Source of the DNA: Amoeboradix gromovi X-113
Lineage: Eukaryota; Fungi; Sanchytriomycota
Reading direction: 5' to 3'
DNA length: 16,247 bases
NCBI GenBank assembly: GCA_018985225.1
Contig: JADGIF010000167.1
Location: forward strand, 1 to 16,247
Below are positions 7,976 through 16,247 of the stretch, piece by piece; position 1 is the stretch's first letter; every line of letters starts with the position of its first letter. The notes under the pieces were generated by a model. The model saw only the letters and a program-made list of their open reading frames with translations, did no database searches and was not told where the DNA came from. Position numbers and translations under genes: made by a program.

Positions 7976-10004
7976 CTGAGTACCCATAATAAATAAGATT
8001 CACTATTTGCCATCCATACTCGTATACTAGTCTTGGTGTAAATACACTCCATATAAACAGATGATGTCTCATAAACAGCGTGCATAATCCCATGGTATAT
8101 AGTGGCCAACTGCCTGCAAAAGTCATTATATAAAACAAGTGATTGCCTTTGTACTGTACCAACACCCATAGAGACAAGCCAAATGTTGTTATAAACGTGT
8201 ACATTGGACTAAGAGGTATGTGCATGTCTGAAAGTCCTATAAATGCGTTGCTTATGTCTATGCTACTTAGCTTATTAGAGTTGCCCAATAAAAAGTATAC
8301 GCACTTGTGAAGGCAATAAAACAATAATGCTGTGCTCAACTGTGATTTATAGGCATTTTTATGGTTGTAATACCGAACCATTCCAACTATCATAACAACT
8401 AATGGAACATTGACCGGCTTGGTGAATAATAGAATTATGAAGACTTCATCACGTATCAGGAGCCCAAACAGTAAAACACTTAGCTCTATATACTGCTGAT
8501 GCTCACTTGTAACTATGTTTAATTGCAGCGCTTTAACAACCAATATAAGAGTACTAGACCATTTGCGCTGATAAAGTAGTGCTGCACAGAGTATCACTAG
8601 CAGGATGTTCGGATTATTGATCAAAAATGTAGAGTAGTCCCATTGTTCTTTCCATTTATCTCCAGTCTGGTTATAGTATCTCAAGAATTTGATTACGCAA
8701 AAAAAAAGCAAATCTGGGTTGCCAATTGAACTGATAAAAGTAGTAATCTTCAAATCCTGTTTTTTACTCAAGTAGTTTGCAAACAGTATACTAGACGCTA
8801 CAAAATATTGCATCATATGTTCCTCTTCGATAAAGCTGCTAGAAAACAATGTTAGGTTTAAGACTAACATGTATAGTGCTAATAAGAACGCAGACCATGG
8901 ATCTTTTAACGGACTAAAATGCATGGAAGGCTTGTTCCCTGAGATATCAAACACTGACATATCTAATATCAACTCAACAAAGGATGGAAACAGTCCTAGC
9001 GTCATATAAACCATCCCATCTCTTAAAGTCATAAGATCACTGTCCGCTGACCTAGCTAATAGCTCTGACTGTATTTGCTTATTAGACCTTGTTGAGTTTA
9101 TACTAGTTTTGTTCATCAACTGCTCATTAACTAGCATATTAACAGACTGAGTTACAAAATCAGGTGGACTTGTTCCTAAGTTTAAAGATGATAAATATCC
9201 ACTAGTTAAATGAGCAAATATGGGTACTAGATCAATCTGTAGTATATTGTTGGTGGTTTCGAGGTTGTTGTGTATAAATATAGCTTTAGTTGAAGTTTCG
9301 TTTAATGTTGAACCACCATGCTGGCCCTGATTTGTCATTCCGTGATCGCCTAATATAACCATGAAATCATCCACAGCTAGAGTATTGTATATATCATGTA
9401 TAACCTGCGAATACTCTGCTAACTTGGGCTTAAACAGATTGGAAGAAGGGCCATTGCAGCAATGCCCAATATGATCTAATCCAAGATAATGTAATACCAT
9501 GATATCATAGTCAGTATTGATAGACTTGTACACGTTTCTAGTAACATTCAAATCACATTCGACTGTATCTGATGCATGAAAACTGGAAACATAATCATAA
9601 TCATACCATAGATTAGTCGGAATCAAACGAGACCACGTGGAATCACCGTAGAATAATCCTTTTTTAGATACTAGGTATTCTGAGAGCCAGTTGGGACCAA
9701 ATTGGTTGTCGTTACCATATTGCCAAGACTCTATAAAACTTGGTACATTCCCATACAGTAGGGATTTTAATCGTGGTAGGGTGACTGTAGGTGCATGTGC
9801 AGTTGTGTAGTATGTTGTATGAGGCATAGTTAAATTTAAATCAAAATCACTGCGTAGCGCATCAATTAGTATAAACACAAATTTGGAAGGGTTCTTAGTA
9901 GGCAGATGTACAGAATTTCCAGTGTGAGTATCATATTTAAAGAACCCGGTTGAGTAAATGTATGCTCCAAACCAAATAATTAAAATTGAAAGATATTTAA
10001 GCAT
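7923..10004 (-). CDS. GPI7: GPI ethanolamine phosphate transferase 2 (GPI7/PIG-G)
   Basis: Motifs LIDALRSDF, APTVTLPRLKSL, FYGD.TW, LHYLGLDHIGH, GDHGM..G.HGG, GNSN.LSSID.S.AF.G and RHHLFIWSVF.PR, with a multi-TM C-terminal half. The first ATG is at 10004. Confidence 0.93.
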   Translation of the reverse strand: MLKYLSILIIWFGAYIYSTGFFKYDTHTGNSVHLPTKNPSKFVFILIDALRSDFDLNLTMPHTTYYTTAHAPTVTLPRLKSLLYGNVPSFIESWQYGNDNQFGPNWLSEYLVSKKGLFYGDSTWSRLIPTNLWYDYDYVSSFHASDTVECDLNVTRNVYKSINTDYDIMVLHYLGLDHIGHCCNGPSSNLFKPKLAEYSQVIHDIYNTLAVDDFMVILGDHGMTNQGQHGGSTLNETSTKAIFIHNNLETTNNILQIDLVPIFAHLTSGYLSSLNLGTSPPDFVTQSVNMLVNEQLMNKTSINSTRSNKQIQSELLARSADSDLMTLRDGMVYMTLGLFPSFVELILDMSVFDISGNKPSMHFSPLKDPWSAFLLALYMLVLNLTLFSSSFIEEEHMMQYFVASSILFANYLSKKQDLKITTFISSIGNPDLLFFCVIKFLRYYNQTGDKWKEQWDYSTFLINNPNILLVILCAALLYQRKWSSTLILVVKALQLNIVTSEHQQYIELSVLLFGLLIRDEVFIILLFTKPVNVPLVVMIVGMVRYYNHKNAYKSQLSTALLFYCLHKCVYFLLGNSNKLSSIDISNAFIGLSDMHIPLSPMYTFITTFGLSLWVLVQYKGNHLFYIMTFAGSWPLYTMGLCTLFMRHHLFIWSVFTPRLVYEYGWQIVNLIYYGYSVILNSSYYQRGGSRNSK

Positions 10005-10006
10005 AA

Positions 10007-10017
10007 GTTTCAAAAAA
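10007..10017 (-). promoter_or_regulatory. Start-proximal motif TTTTTTGAAAC before the GPI7 ATG
   Basis: The minus strand reads TTTTTTGAAAC-TT-ATG. Confidence 0.5.
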
Positions 10018-10040
10018 CCTCTGGAAAACCAGTAAATTTG

Positions 10041-11429
10041 TTACATGCCACCAAGAAACACTCTTATACTTTGGCATTTGCCAATGTAATTAAAACAGCG
10101 AACTCTGATGAATAGTTGTTTGCATTTTACCAACTCTTGAACATCATAGTTGGTCAATATCCAGTCATAAACTAGATTAATGTTCGAATGAAAATGATGA
10201 TGAATTCCATAGAAATTAGAGTTGTTGGGTAGCAAGTGTTTTATCATGTTGGAGTATTGTTCGACATCTCTCTGATCCTCAACAGCCTGCAACAAGGTAT
10301 ACAAAATAGTATCCATGACATTAGAGACCACTATCTTGTGCTTGTCATTAAGCATCCTAAGAATATGATTCGTCCACAATTCTTCTGTTTCTGAAGAGTT
10401 TACTGATTTAGCAGGCAAGCAAGGCGGTGCTGGCAATGAAGCCTTTGTAGACAATTCAACGCGCCATCTTAGGTTGTTGTCTAGATCAAATATAGCCTGC
10501 TGATCCATGTTAATAGCACAATGAACATTGTTGAAAATCAAAATCAATTTTAGGTCACCATGAAGTTGCTTGCCGTTACAATCCATATAAATATTAGGTT
10601 CGGATCGAATCACTACAAAGTACTGCGCCCCATAAGCTACATAAGCATCACATCCTAGCTGTATTAACATCGACACCATTACTATGCATTTCTCAAATTC
10701 AGTGCCGCATTGTCTAATAAAAATGGAAAATAAATGACAATTTTTATTGTTTTTAATAGTTTGAAGTGATTTACATATCTTCACTACGTCCTCTATAGAT
10801 TCAACTGGGAACTTATTGTCCATACTGATCAAATTGCATAAAAACACAGAATTTAGAGTGTCGGTTGTAACCATGATATCATCTGGATACCCTGTATTAT
10901 ATGCTAGTGATTGGAATGCTATGTTTGCTTTTTGATGATACCTCTTTGATAGAGTGCCTTTAACATGAAATTTAAGGATGTCGTAAATCATATTTTGTAG
11001 AGATTTGAGTTCGACAAGTTGGCCCATTTCGGCGGTATATACATGAAGCTCTTTATCAATCGCAATTACATGCATTTGCGATTTAGATTTACTAAAATGG
11101 AACGAGTCGCCTACTCTTAGCAGGCAATACTGGTTTCCAAGTGTGACGTACACTTGGTGGATGGACTTTGATGATATGAATTTTATAAAGATGCCATCAT
11201 TCGAGTAAATTTGTTTAGCTTTGTTGGCCAACTTGCGATTAGGTTTGATCAACTTGGTAAAATTCATGCTTTTCCACAGTATGTCCTTGACTTCTTCAAC
11301 ATCATAATTGTTTTGGACCAGCAGCTCCTTGATCTCTTGTTGCTTTTCTGTAGATTGCAGAGCAGTCTCGATTTCATGAAGTAAATGTGTAGGGGTTTGA
11401 CGTTTCATGGCAATAAAATTGCAGAGCAT
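10041..11429 (-). CDS. CEP76: Divergent CEP76-like centriolar protein
   Basis: N-terminal helical LLHEI...EIKELL, transglutaminase-like core F...CGTEFEKCIVMVSMLIQLGCDAYVAYG, and C-terminal IKHLLP.N.NFYG..HF and LFIRVRCFNY. These match the CEP76/CC2D2A pattern. An alternative ATG lies at 11408. Confidence 0.7.
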   Translation of the reverse strand: MLCNFIAMKRQTPTHLLHEIETALQSTEKQQEIKELLVQNNYDVEEVKDILWKSMNFTKLIKPNRKLANKAKQIYSNDGIFIKFISSKSIHQVYVTLGNQYCLLRVGDSFHFSKSKSQMHVIAIDKELHVYTAEMGQLVELKSLQNMIYDILKFHVKGTLSKRYHQKANIAFQSLAYNTGYPDDIMVTTDTLNSVFLCNLISMDNKFPVESIEDVVKICKSLQTIKNNKNCHLFSIFIRQCGTEFEKCIVMVSMLIQLGCDAYVAYGAQYFVVIRSEPNIYMDCNGKQLHGDLKLILIFNNVHCAINMDQQAIFDLDNNLRWRVELSTKASLPAPPCLPAKSVNSSETEELWTNHILRMLNDKHKIVVSNVMDTILYTLLQAVEDQRDVEQYSNMIKHLLPNNSNFYGIHHHFHSNINLVYDWILTNYDVQELVKCKQLFIRVRCFNYIGKCQSIRVFLGGM

Positions 11430-11710
11430 TCCTTGTACTAGTCACCCTTAAGTTGAATGATTTCTGAATTCAGGAACCATAATGGATGCAAATCCACTTG
11501 CAACCACTTCAACTCTAGAGAAATGCATTAGCCGCTCGTCCTTTATATTTGCCGGTTGTGTAGGGTTTGTGAAAGTTTTTCATCAATGGTAGTTTCCAAA
11601 GTAACATGCTACTGGTGCAATAAGCATTATTAAATAAATTTACTGTTTTTAATCTTATTCTGCAGATATTTCAAATGCGTGCCTGGTTTTTATATTTGAT
11701 GTGTCATTTC

Positions 11711-12859
11711 TTATATTACAACTTTCAACAGAGGTCGCTTTTTGGATCTCTTTCTGAGTTTTAGGATAGATTTGCAGGCAAAAACGAGTAGAGAGATCAC
11801 CAGTACCACAATTAAAAATATTATAAGACCTCGTGGAGAAACCCAGTACCTAATCTCAATGTCATACAAGTCCAAATCTAAGTACTCTGAACAAAATTGC
11901 AAGGTTTTGTTGTCATAAAGTGGTTTGAAATTATGGAAATGAAGAGCAGCACAAGTCATATTTGGAACTTTGTAACCCATGGCACACAAAATATCCCAAA
12001 CGGGGTCATTCTGCAAATAGAGCTCAATATTATCAATTCCTTGGCCATCTAAATGAATAGAGTTTCCTTTATAATTCATAATGCTAGACTTATTTTGTAT
12101 ATGATCAAAAGAGGAGCCTATTTTAAATCCTATGAAATACCTATCTATCCAGCCATCCATGAAGTAAAGCAAATGCTTCGAGTTATTGCTGGTTTTTACA
12201 AAATACTCATCAAATGTAAATGGGGAGGTAGCTAGACCTCTTAATTCATTCCTGTCGCATTTGCTATGTAAAAAGGTACCAACTCTACCTTTTATATCGT
12301 CCAATGGTTTCTTGTTGAACGGATTTACTTTATTCCAGCACAGTCCTTCTAGTTTTGAGAAATAAACATCATATAGTGACTCATTATTCTGATAAAGTAA
12401 TAGGTCAAAATAGGTTGGTGGCATAAAAACCAATTCAGAACTCTGCATCAACACAGCGCCTGCTCTTCCTGAATAATCATCTCCTATTGAGCTTACTATC
12501 CCCATTCCATGCAATACTTCATGTATTATTATGGAGTGCAGCAGCTCTGTCTCCAAATGTTTCTTTTCAATGGAAATCGTAAATTGCTCAAACTCTTTAC
12601 TTGAATTTGACATTGCTTTGTAATGTGGTATGGTAGTTGTTATGACCTTGTTCTGGTAGTATCCTATCATATAGTTTGGAACAGTTGTTGCCAAACTCAA
12701 ACTTATTCCAAAGTTGGCCACGATTATCATTATTTCTATTGTGTTCTCAAAAGGCATCCTAACTTCTAGTACCACTTTAAGTTTATCTAAAGTTTTTTTC
12801 AATCTTGCATCTTCATATTTGAATACAAATTTAGCAGAAGCTAAAAAGTGCAACAACAT
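11711..12859 (-). CDS. Type-I membrane-anchored zinc metallopeptidase-like protein
   Basis: Short signal peptide, IIIHEVLHGMGI.SS, GSSFDH...SIM, and a C-terminal TM helix followed by a basic tail. Confidence 0.7.
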   Translation of the reverse strand: MLLHFLASAKFVFKYEDARLKKTLDKLKVVLEVRMPFENTIEIMIIVANFGISLSLATTVPNYMIGYYQNKVITTTIPHYKAMSNSSKEFEQFTISIEKKHLETELLHSIIIHEVLHGMGIVSSIGDDYSGRAGAVLMQSSELVFMPPTYFDLLLYQNNESLYDVYFSKLEGLCWNKVNPFNKKPLDDIKGRVGTFLHSKCDRNELRGLATSPFTFDEYFVKTSNNSKHLLYFMDGWIDRYFIGFKIGSSFDHIQNKSSIMNYKGNSIHLDGQGIDNIELYLQNDPVWDILCAMGYKVPNMTCAALHFHNFKPLYDNKTLQFCSEYLDLDLYDIEIRYWVSPRGLIIFLIVVLVISLLVFACKSILKLRKRSKKRPLLKVVI

Positions 12860-12888
12860 TTCAACAGGGGATTTAAGAAATACAAAAG

Positions 12889-14700
12889 TTAAGCAAATTT
12901 ATTATGTGTAGGTAATCTTCCGTACGATTTGTAGTTTGCTTTTCTAAAGTATACTACTACTCCTATAAGGATGATCAACATTAAACCATAATATGGCACA
13001 TATCCCCCCTCGTCTCTAGCAACGATTTCTTCTTGCTGGTCTTCACCAAGTTTTGCACTGACAGTCATCTCTTTGAACACTTGAAATCCTGATTTGTCCA
13101 CCAGTGTTGATATAAACTCATGAATCTTTGTAAATTCCCCGTTTATCAAATCTAAGTTGGTTTCTGGTTTATAATATTTTTTATCTTTTACAACAAGAAT
13201 TATCGGCAGTTTATCTGTATCATAATTTATGTCAAAGATGATGCTTGAATACTCTTTAAAATACCAGGCATCAATAAAGTATCCAGTTGCACCAGATCGT
13301 GTTCCATGAGCCAGCGATAAATACATAGTAGACAACAGCTTGGTGTGTATATACGGATCGATTAGCGCCAATACCAATGGTGCTTTAGAAGACAACACGT
13401 TGGCCACATTCAATGGAGTAGTCTCAATTATATCAAATTGTTTTTGGTGCTTTGTAAAAGATCTTATTTTTGAAAAATTCACCTCATTCAAGCATTTAAC
13501 GTTAACGGGTATAGGTTTATCAGCAGAGTATAGATCACTAACACTGCACAATGTAAATGCAACATCGCCAGATCCCTTGTAGTCTAAATCCAGCGAGTGT
13601 GACATTTCTGCATTCAAGTACCGATGTGCTATATTCTGATCATGCGTAGTATAAATATTAAGTCTGCTACCAACAGAAGGACGCAGCACAGATATACCAA
13701 TAGGATAGAAATCATAAGTATCCAATTGCTCACTCATTGCTTGAAGAATGGTTAATATCTGATCATCTTTAATTAAATCAAGATTTATAAACAAAACCAT
13801 GTAAGAGTGATCATTCAACAAGGACAGTGGACGAAAGATACTACTAAATGAGTGTTGAATTTCATTTAGTTCATACCCAGCTAATTTAAAAGCACTTGAA
13901 TCAAAAGGATATGTGATCAATAGAGCTTTGAGAGCAAACTGATACAAATCATCGTTTGCGATAACATGAGAATCATAAGGAATCATAATGGGGTCTTCAC
14001 TTGTTTTCAAAAAGAACAAAAAGTGACAACTGGGTCTTTTGGGCGCAAAACTACTTAAATTGCCATAGCCTACTTTTAACAGACCATTGAATCGAGAAGA
14101 TAGTGAATCTAATAAACCAGACTTAACATCACAGTTGTAAATGAGCCAGGGATCGTTCATTAACTCCAGCATGCTTTCAACTTTTAAAACTTGCATTTTA
14201 AACAAGTTTGAGTGCTTTTTTCCAGGTTTAAGATAAAAGCTAGAAAACAAAGAGGTGTCCTGAATTCTATTATTATCGTCAGAATTGATGGCTTCAAAAG
14301 TGGATGTGATCCACTTAACAGTAGCTTCTTCAGAGCTGCGATCACCTGTAAACTCAGAAGATTGTGACCCATGATAATATGCAAAAACAGAAGGAAATCC
14401 TGACACTTTGATTAGCTCGCAACTTGACTGAAACTCATCACAATTTAAACGGTTGATTTGGATCTGCTTTGGAGAATACAGTTTTGCAATATTGTTGGCA
14501 GCTTTAGCGATAAAAGGAGCATAGGCTTGACAATGAACACACCAAGGTGCATAACCTTCAATTATAAATAGAGTACTTGCACGTGATTGTAAAATGCCCT
14601 TTAAAGTGCTATCAGTTAGCTCTATTATATTTTCAGATTTTTCTAGTGTCTTACCTACTGTATCAACAGAAAACACAAGTAATAAGAGACTGCAAATCAT
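12889..14700 (-). CDS. Membrane-anchored thioredoxin / protein disulfide isomerase-like protein
   Basis: Signal peptide, YAPWCVHC active site, GFP cis-Pro loop, further non-catalytic segments and a C-terminal TM helix. The first ATG is at 14700. Confidence 0.85.
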   Translation of the reverse strand: MICSLLLLVFSVDTVGKTLEKSENIIELTDSTLKGILQSRASTLFIIEGYAPWCVHCQAYAPFIAKAANNIAKLYSPKQIQINRLNCDEFQSSCELIKVSGFPSVFAYYHGSQSSEFTGDRSSEEATVKWITSTFEAINSDDNNRIQDTSLFSSFYLKPGKKHSNLFKMQVLKVESMLELMNDPWLIYNCDVKSGLLDSLSSRFNGLLKVGYGNLSSFAPKRPSCHFLFFLKTSEDPIMIPYDSHVIANDDLYQFALKALLITYPFDSSAFKLAGYELNEIQHSFSSIFRPLSLLNDHSYMVLFINLDLIKDDQILTILQAMSEQLDTYDFYPIGISVLRPSVGSRLNIYTTHDQNIAHRYLNAEMSHSLDLDYKGSGDVAFTLCSVSDLYSADKPIPVNVKCLNEVNFSKIRSFTKHQKQFDIIETTPLNVANVLSSKAPLVLALIDPYIHTKLLSTMYLSLAHGTRSGATGYFIDAWYFKEYSSIIFDINYDTDKLPIILVVKDKKYYKPETNLDLINGEFTKIHEFISTLVDKSGFQVFKEMTVSAKLGEDQQEEIVARDEGGYVPYYGLMLIILIGVVVYFRKANYKSYGRLPTHNKFA

Positions 14701-14702
14701 GA

Positions 14703-14712
14703 GTTTCAAAAA
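14703..14712 (-). promoter_or_regulatory. Start-proximal motif TTTTTGAAAC before the PDI-like ATG
   Basis: The minus strand reads TTTTTGAAAC-TC-ATG, inside an 18-nt intergenic gap. Confidence 0.5.
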
Positions 14713-14718
14713 CAAAAT

Positions 14719-15258
14719 TTATTCGTCTAAATCACACCACTCGCCAGAATAAGCGGAACCTTCGAAAAAGGAGCCGGAAAACTTGCGGGATTTGGTAGTT
14801 AGTACACCTATACCATGCCTATAGTTGTCTACAAAGTCACCGATATACATATCTAAAATAGTCTTCTCAATACCTTTGCCATTCTTTTTATCTGCAAAAA
14901 ACTGGCCATCATATGATTCACCGTTACACGAAATATATATCCCATTTCCTTGCCTGCGACCGTTTACAAACTCCCCGCTGTAGGACGAGTTTTTGTAAAA
15001 ACAAGTACCGCAACCATGGTATTTACCTTTTTCGAATTGCCCGGAATAGATCACAAGTTCCCTTTCATAAAGAGTGCCAGACCCGCTGAATTTACCTTCT
15101 TTAAACATTCCTTCGTATCGCTGAAACCTTGAACGCCAAACGCCTGGGCCATCAAATAAATTATTTAAAAAGCTACCCTTATAGGTGGAACCGTTTGGGA
15201 AATACTGGGTCTTATGGATTCCATTTTTTTTTGAAGAGGCTTTAAAATCAACTTTCAT
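14719..15258 (-). CDS. MORN-repeat protein (MORN3-like)
   Basis: About 6-7 YxGxF..G..xGxG repeats. The N-terminal K..KNG...QY..NG..Y.G resembles MORN3. Confidence 0.85.
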   Translation of the reverse strand: MKVDFKASSKKNGIHKTQYFPNGSTYKGSFLNNLFDGPGVWRSRFQRYEGMFKEGKFSGSGTLYERELVIYSGQFEKGKYHGCGTCFYKNSSYSGEFVNGRRQGNGIYISCNGESYDGQFFADKKNGKGIEKTILDMYIGDFVDNYRHGIGVLTTKSRKFSGSFFEGSAYSGEWCDLDE

Positions 15259-15286
15259 GTAAAACTGGCCTATAATTTAACATTAT

Positions 15287-15724
15287 TTATTTCGAATCTT
15301 TCAAAGAAGAAACTAATGCCTCTAGCACTTCTAATTGGACTTTTCCAGTAACAGAAGACTCCACATCAGCTGATTCAGACTTCAATTTTGCAGCAGCTAA
15401 AGACTTTTCTGCGGTATTAGAATCAAAGTCATCCAACTTGAACGCTTCGCTTGCTATTACATTTAGTTTTGAGTCAGGATGCATAAATGCAAACCCTCCA
15501 GCAATAAAATATTTAACAGTGCTGGAGTCACTAATAACTTCAACTACGCCAGGTTTTAATTGCTCCATTAATGGAACATGTTCTGCTAGAATTCCCAAAT
15601 TTCCAGACGCACCGGGTAGATTAACTTGCTTTACTACCTTTTCAACGTATGGTGCGCTTGTAGGTGAAGCAAAGTAGAGTTTTAATCCCTCAGTAGATGC
15701 AAATCGACCAAATCTTTGAAGCAT
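15287..15724 (-). CDS. ATP16: Mitochondrial F1 ATP synthase delta subunit
   Basis: Presequence MLQRFGRFAS, plus QVNLP..SG.LGILA.HVP.MEQLKPGVVEV and YFIAGGFA. Confidence 0.95.
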   Translation of the reverse strand: MLQRFGRFASTEGLKLYFASPTSAPYVEKVVKQVNLPGASGNLGILAEHVPLMEQLKPGVVEVISDSSTVKYFIAGGFAFMHPDSKLNVIASEAFKLDDFDSNTAEKSLAAAKLKSESADVESSVTGKVQLEVLEALVSSLKDSK

Positions 15725-16140
15725 GAGGGGAATTTCATTTTTTATATTTAACTCCGATAAGAGTGATCGATTCTAACTATATAAACCATTTACTGTGATA
15801 ACATGAATTTTCTCATTTAGCAGTTCTTGTTTCCGTACCTAACCAATTGCATAAATACTTCTATCATCCTTGAAAAATATTTCAAGTCTTTGCTAGCCAG
15901 AATATTTCATTTAAGACATTACTAAGAGATGTCGAGTACACTATTTGACATTCAGAAACTATGCAAAACGAAGTTCAGTGTAAAGAAAGAGGAGACGGAT
16001 TGGTAGAATCTAATAAAGGATTCACTAGACAATAGTCTATGTTAAATGCGAAGATCTGCAATAATTCAGAGTTCACTTTTCTTTAGTGTAAAAAACCTGG
16101 GTGGATACCATTTAATCATATTTTTCCGGTCTGATATCTC

Positions 16141-16247
16141 TATGGGACACACTCTGTAAAAAGTAGACTGGGGGTAAAAACCGGTTGACGAGATTTACCC
16201 AGTCGAAATTTTCACAGTAGTGTCCCATATTTCTTCACCTAGGCAAT
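16141..16247 (-). mobile_element. Fourth element end: long hairpin 16141-16229 homologous to the Fanzor-like 3' ends; body predicted beyond the window
   Basis: Perfect 10-bp inverted repeat TATGGGACAC/GTGTCCCATA, with inner stems CTGT/ACAG and GACTGGG..GTAAA/TTTACCCAGTC. The minus-strand AGTCTACTTTTTACAGAGTGTGTCCCAT matches 294-321 at 22/28 nt. GTGAAGAAATATGGG matches copy 3 GTGAAAAAATATGGG at 14/15 nt. Confidence 0.7.

Noticed and set aside
11430-11710. Extra exons or a fifth relic upstream of CEP76
   Set aside because: Only short uninformative frames, with no CxxC/RD motif or terminal hairpin.
1819-15677. Short antisense or nested ORFs (1819-2103, 5474-5830, 5904-6137, 7045-7236, 7963-8169, 12053-12235, 12714-12911, 13340-13582, 14184-14384, 14950-15132, 15438-15677)
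   Set aside because: These are shadows of well-supported genes with no recognisable motifs, and many rely on non-ATG starts.
370-15724. TAA/TAG=Gln genetic code for the host
   Set aside because: Conserved genes (ATP16, M35, MORN, sorting nexin) end at TAA/TAG at expected C-termini, and no long host ORF contains internal TAR.
15725-16140. Fanzor coding relic on the + strand leading into the final hairpin
   Set aside because: The frames I translated show no TS-CxxC or RD motifs, and hairpin homology indicates minus orientation.
1-16247. CRISPR array, tRNA, rRNA or prokaryotic operon signals
   Set aside because: No regularly spaced repeats or cloverleaf/rRNA motifs were seen, and the gene content is eukaryotic.

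Overview
AT-rich, extremely compact eukaryotic nuclear DNA in the standard genetic code, with genes that are nearly intron-free. It carries a mitochondrial F1-delta gene and centriole/cilium-associated genes (CEP76, MORN3-like, Tctex-1). This suggests a zoosporic, early-diverging fungus or a close relative (inference). There are 13 host genes: a PX-BAR sorting nexin split by a probable 19-nt intron, an M35 peptidase, an orphan, DUF4203, Tctex-1, BMT5, DCC1, GPI7, CEP76, an HExxH membrane peptidase, a PDI-like protein, MORN3-like and ATP16. Many are separated by only 18-36 nt or overlap tail-to-tail. The main hidden signal is a family of Fanzor/TnpB-like (OMEGA RNA-guided nuclease) elements that the ORF track mostly misses. 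These are an open C-terminal fragment at 1-300, two decayed relics (~2541-3024 on +, ~6605-7033 on -) and a fourth element end at 16141-16247 (-). All four finish in a related hairpin closed by TGGG..AC / GTCCCA. This hairpin is a candidate omegaRNA scaffold or transposon right end. All homology calls come from motif recognition by eye, not database searches.
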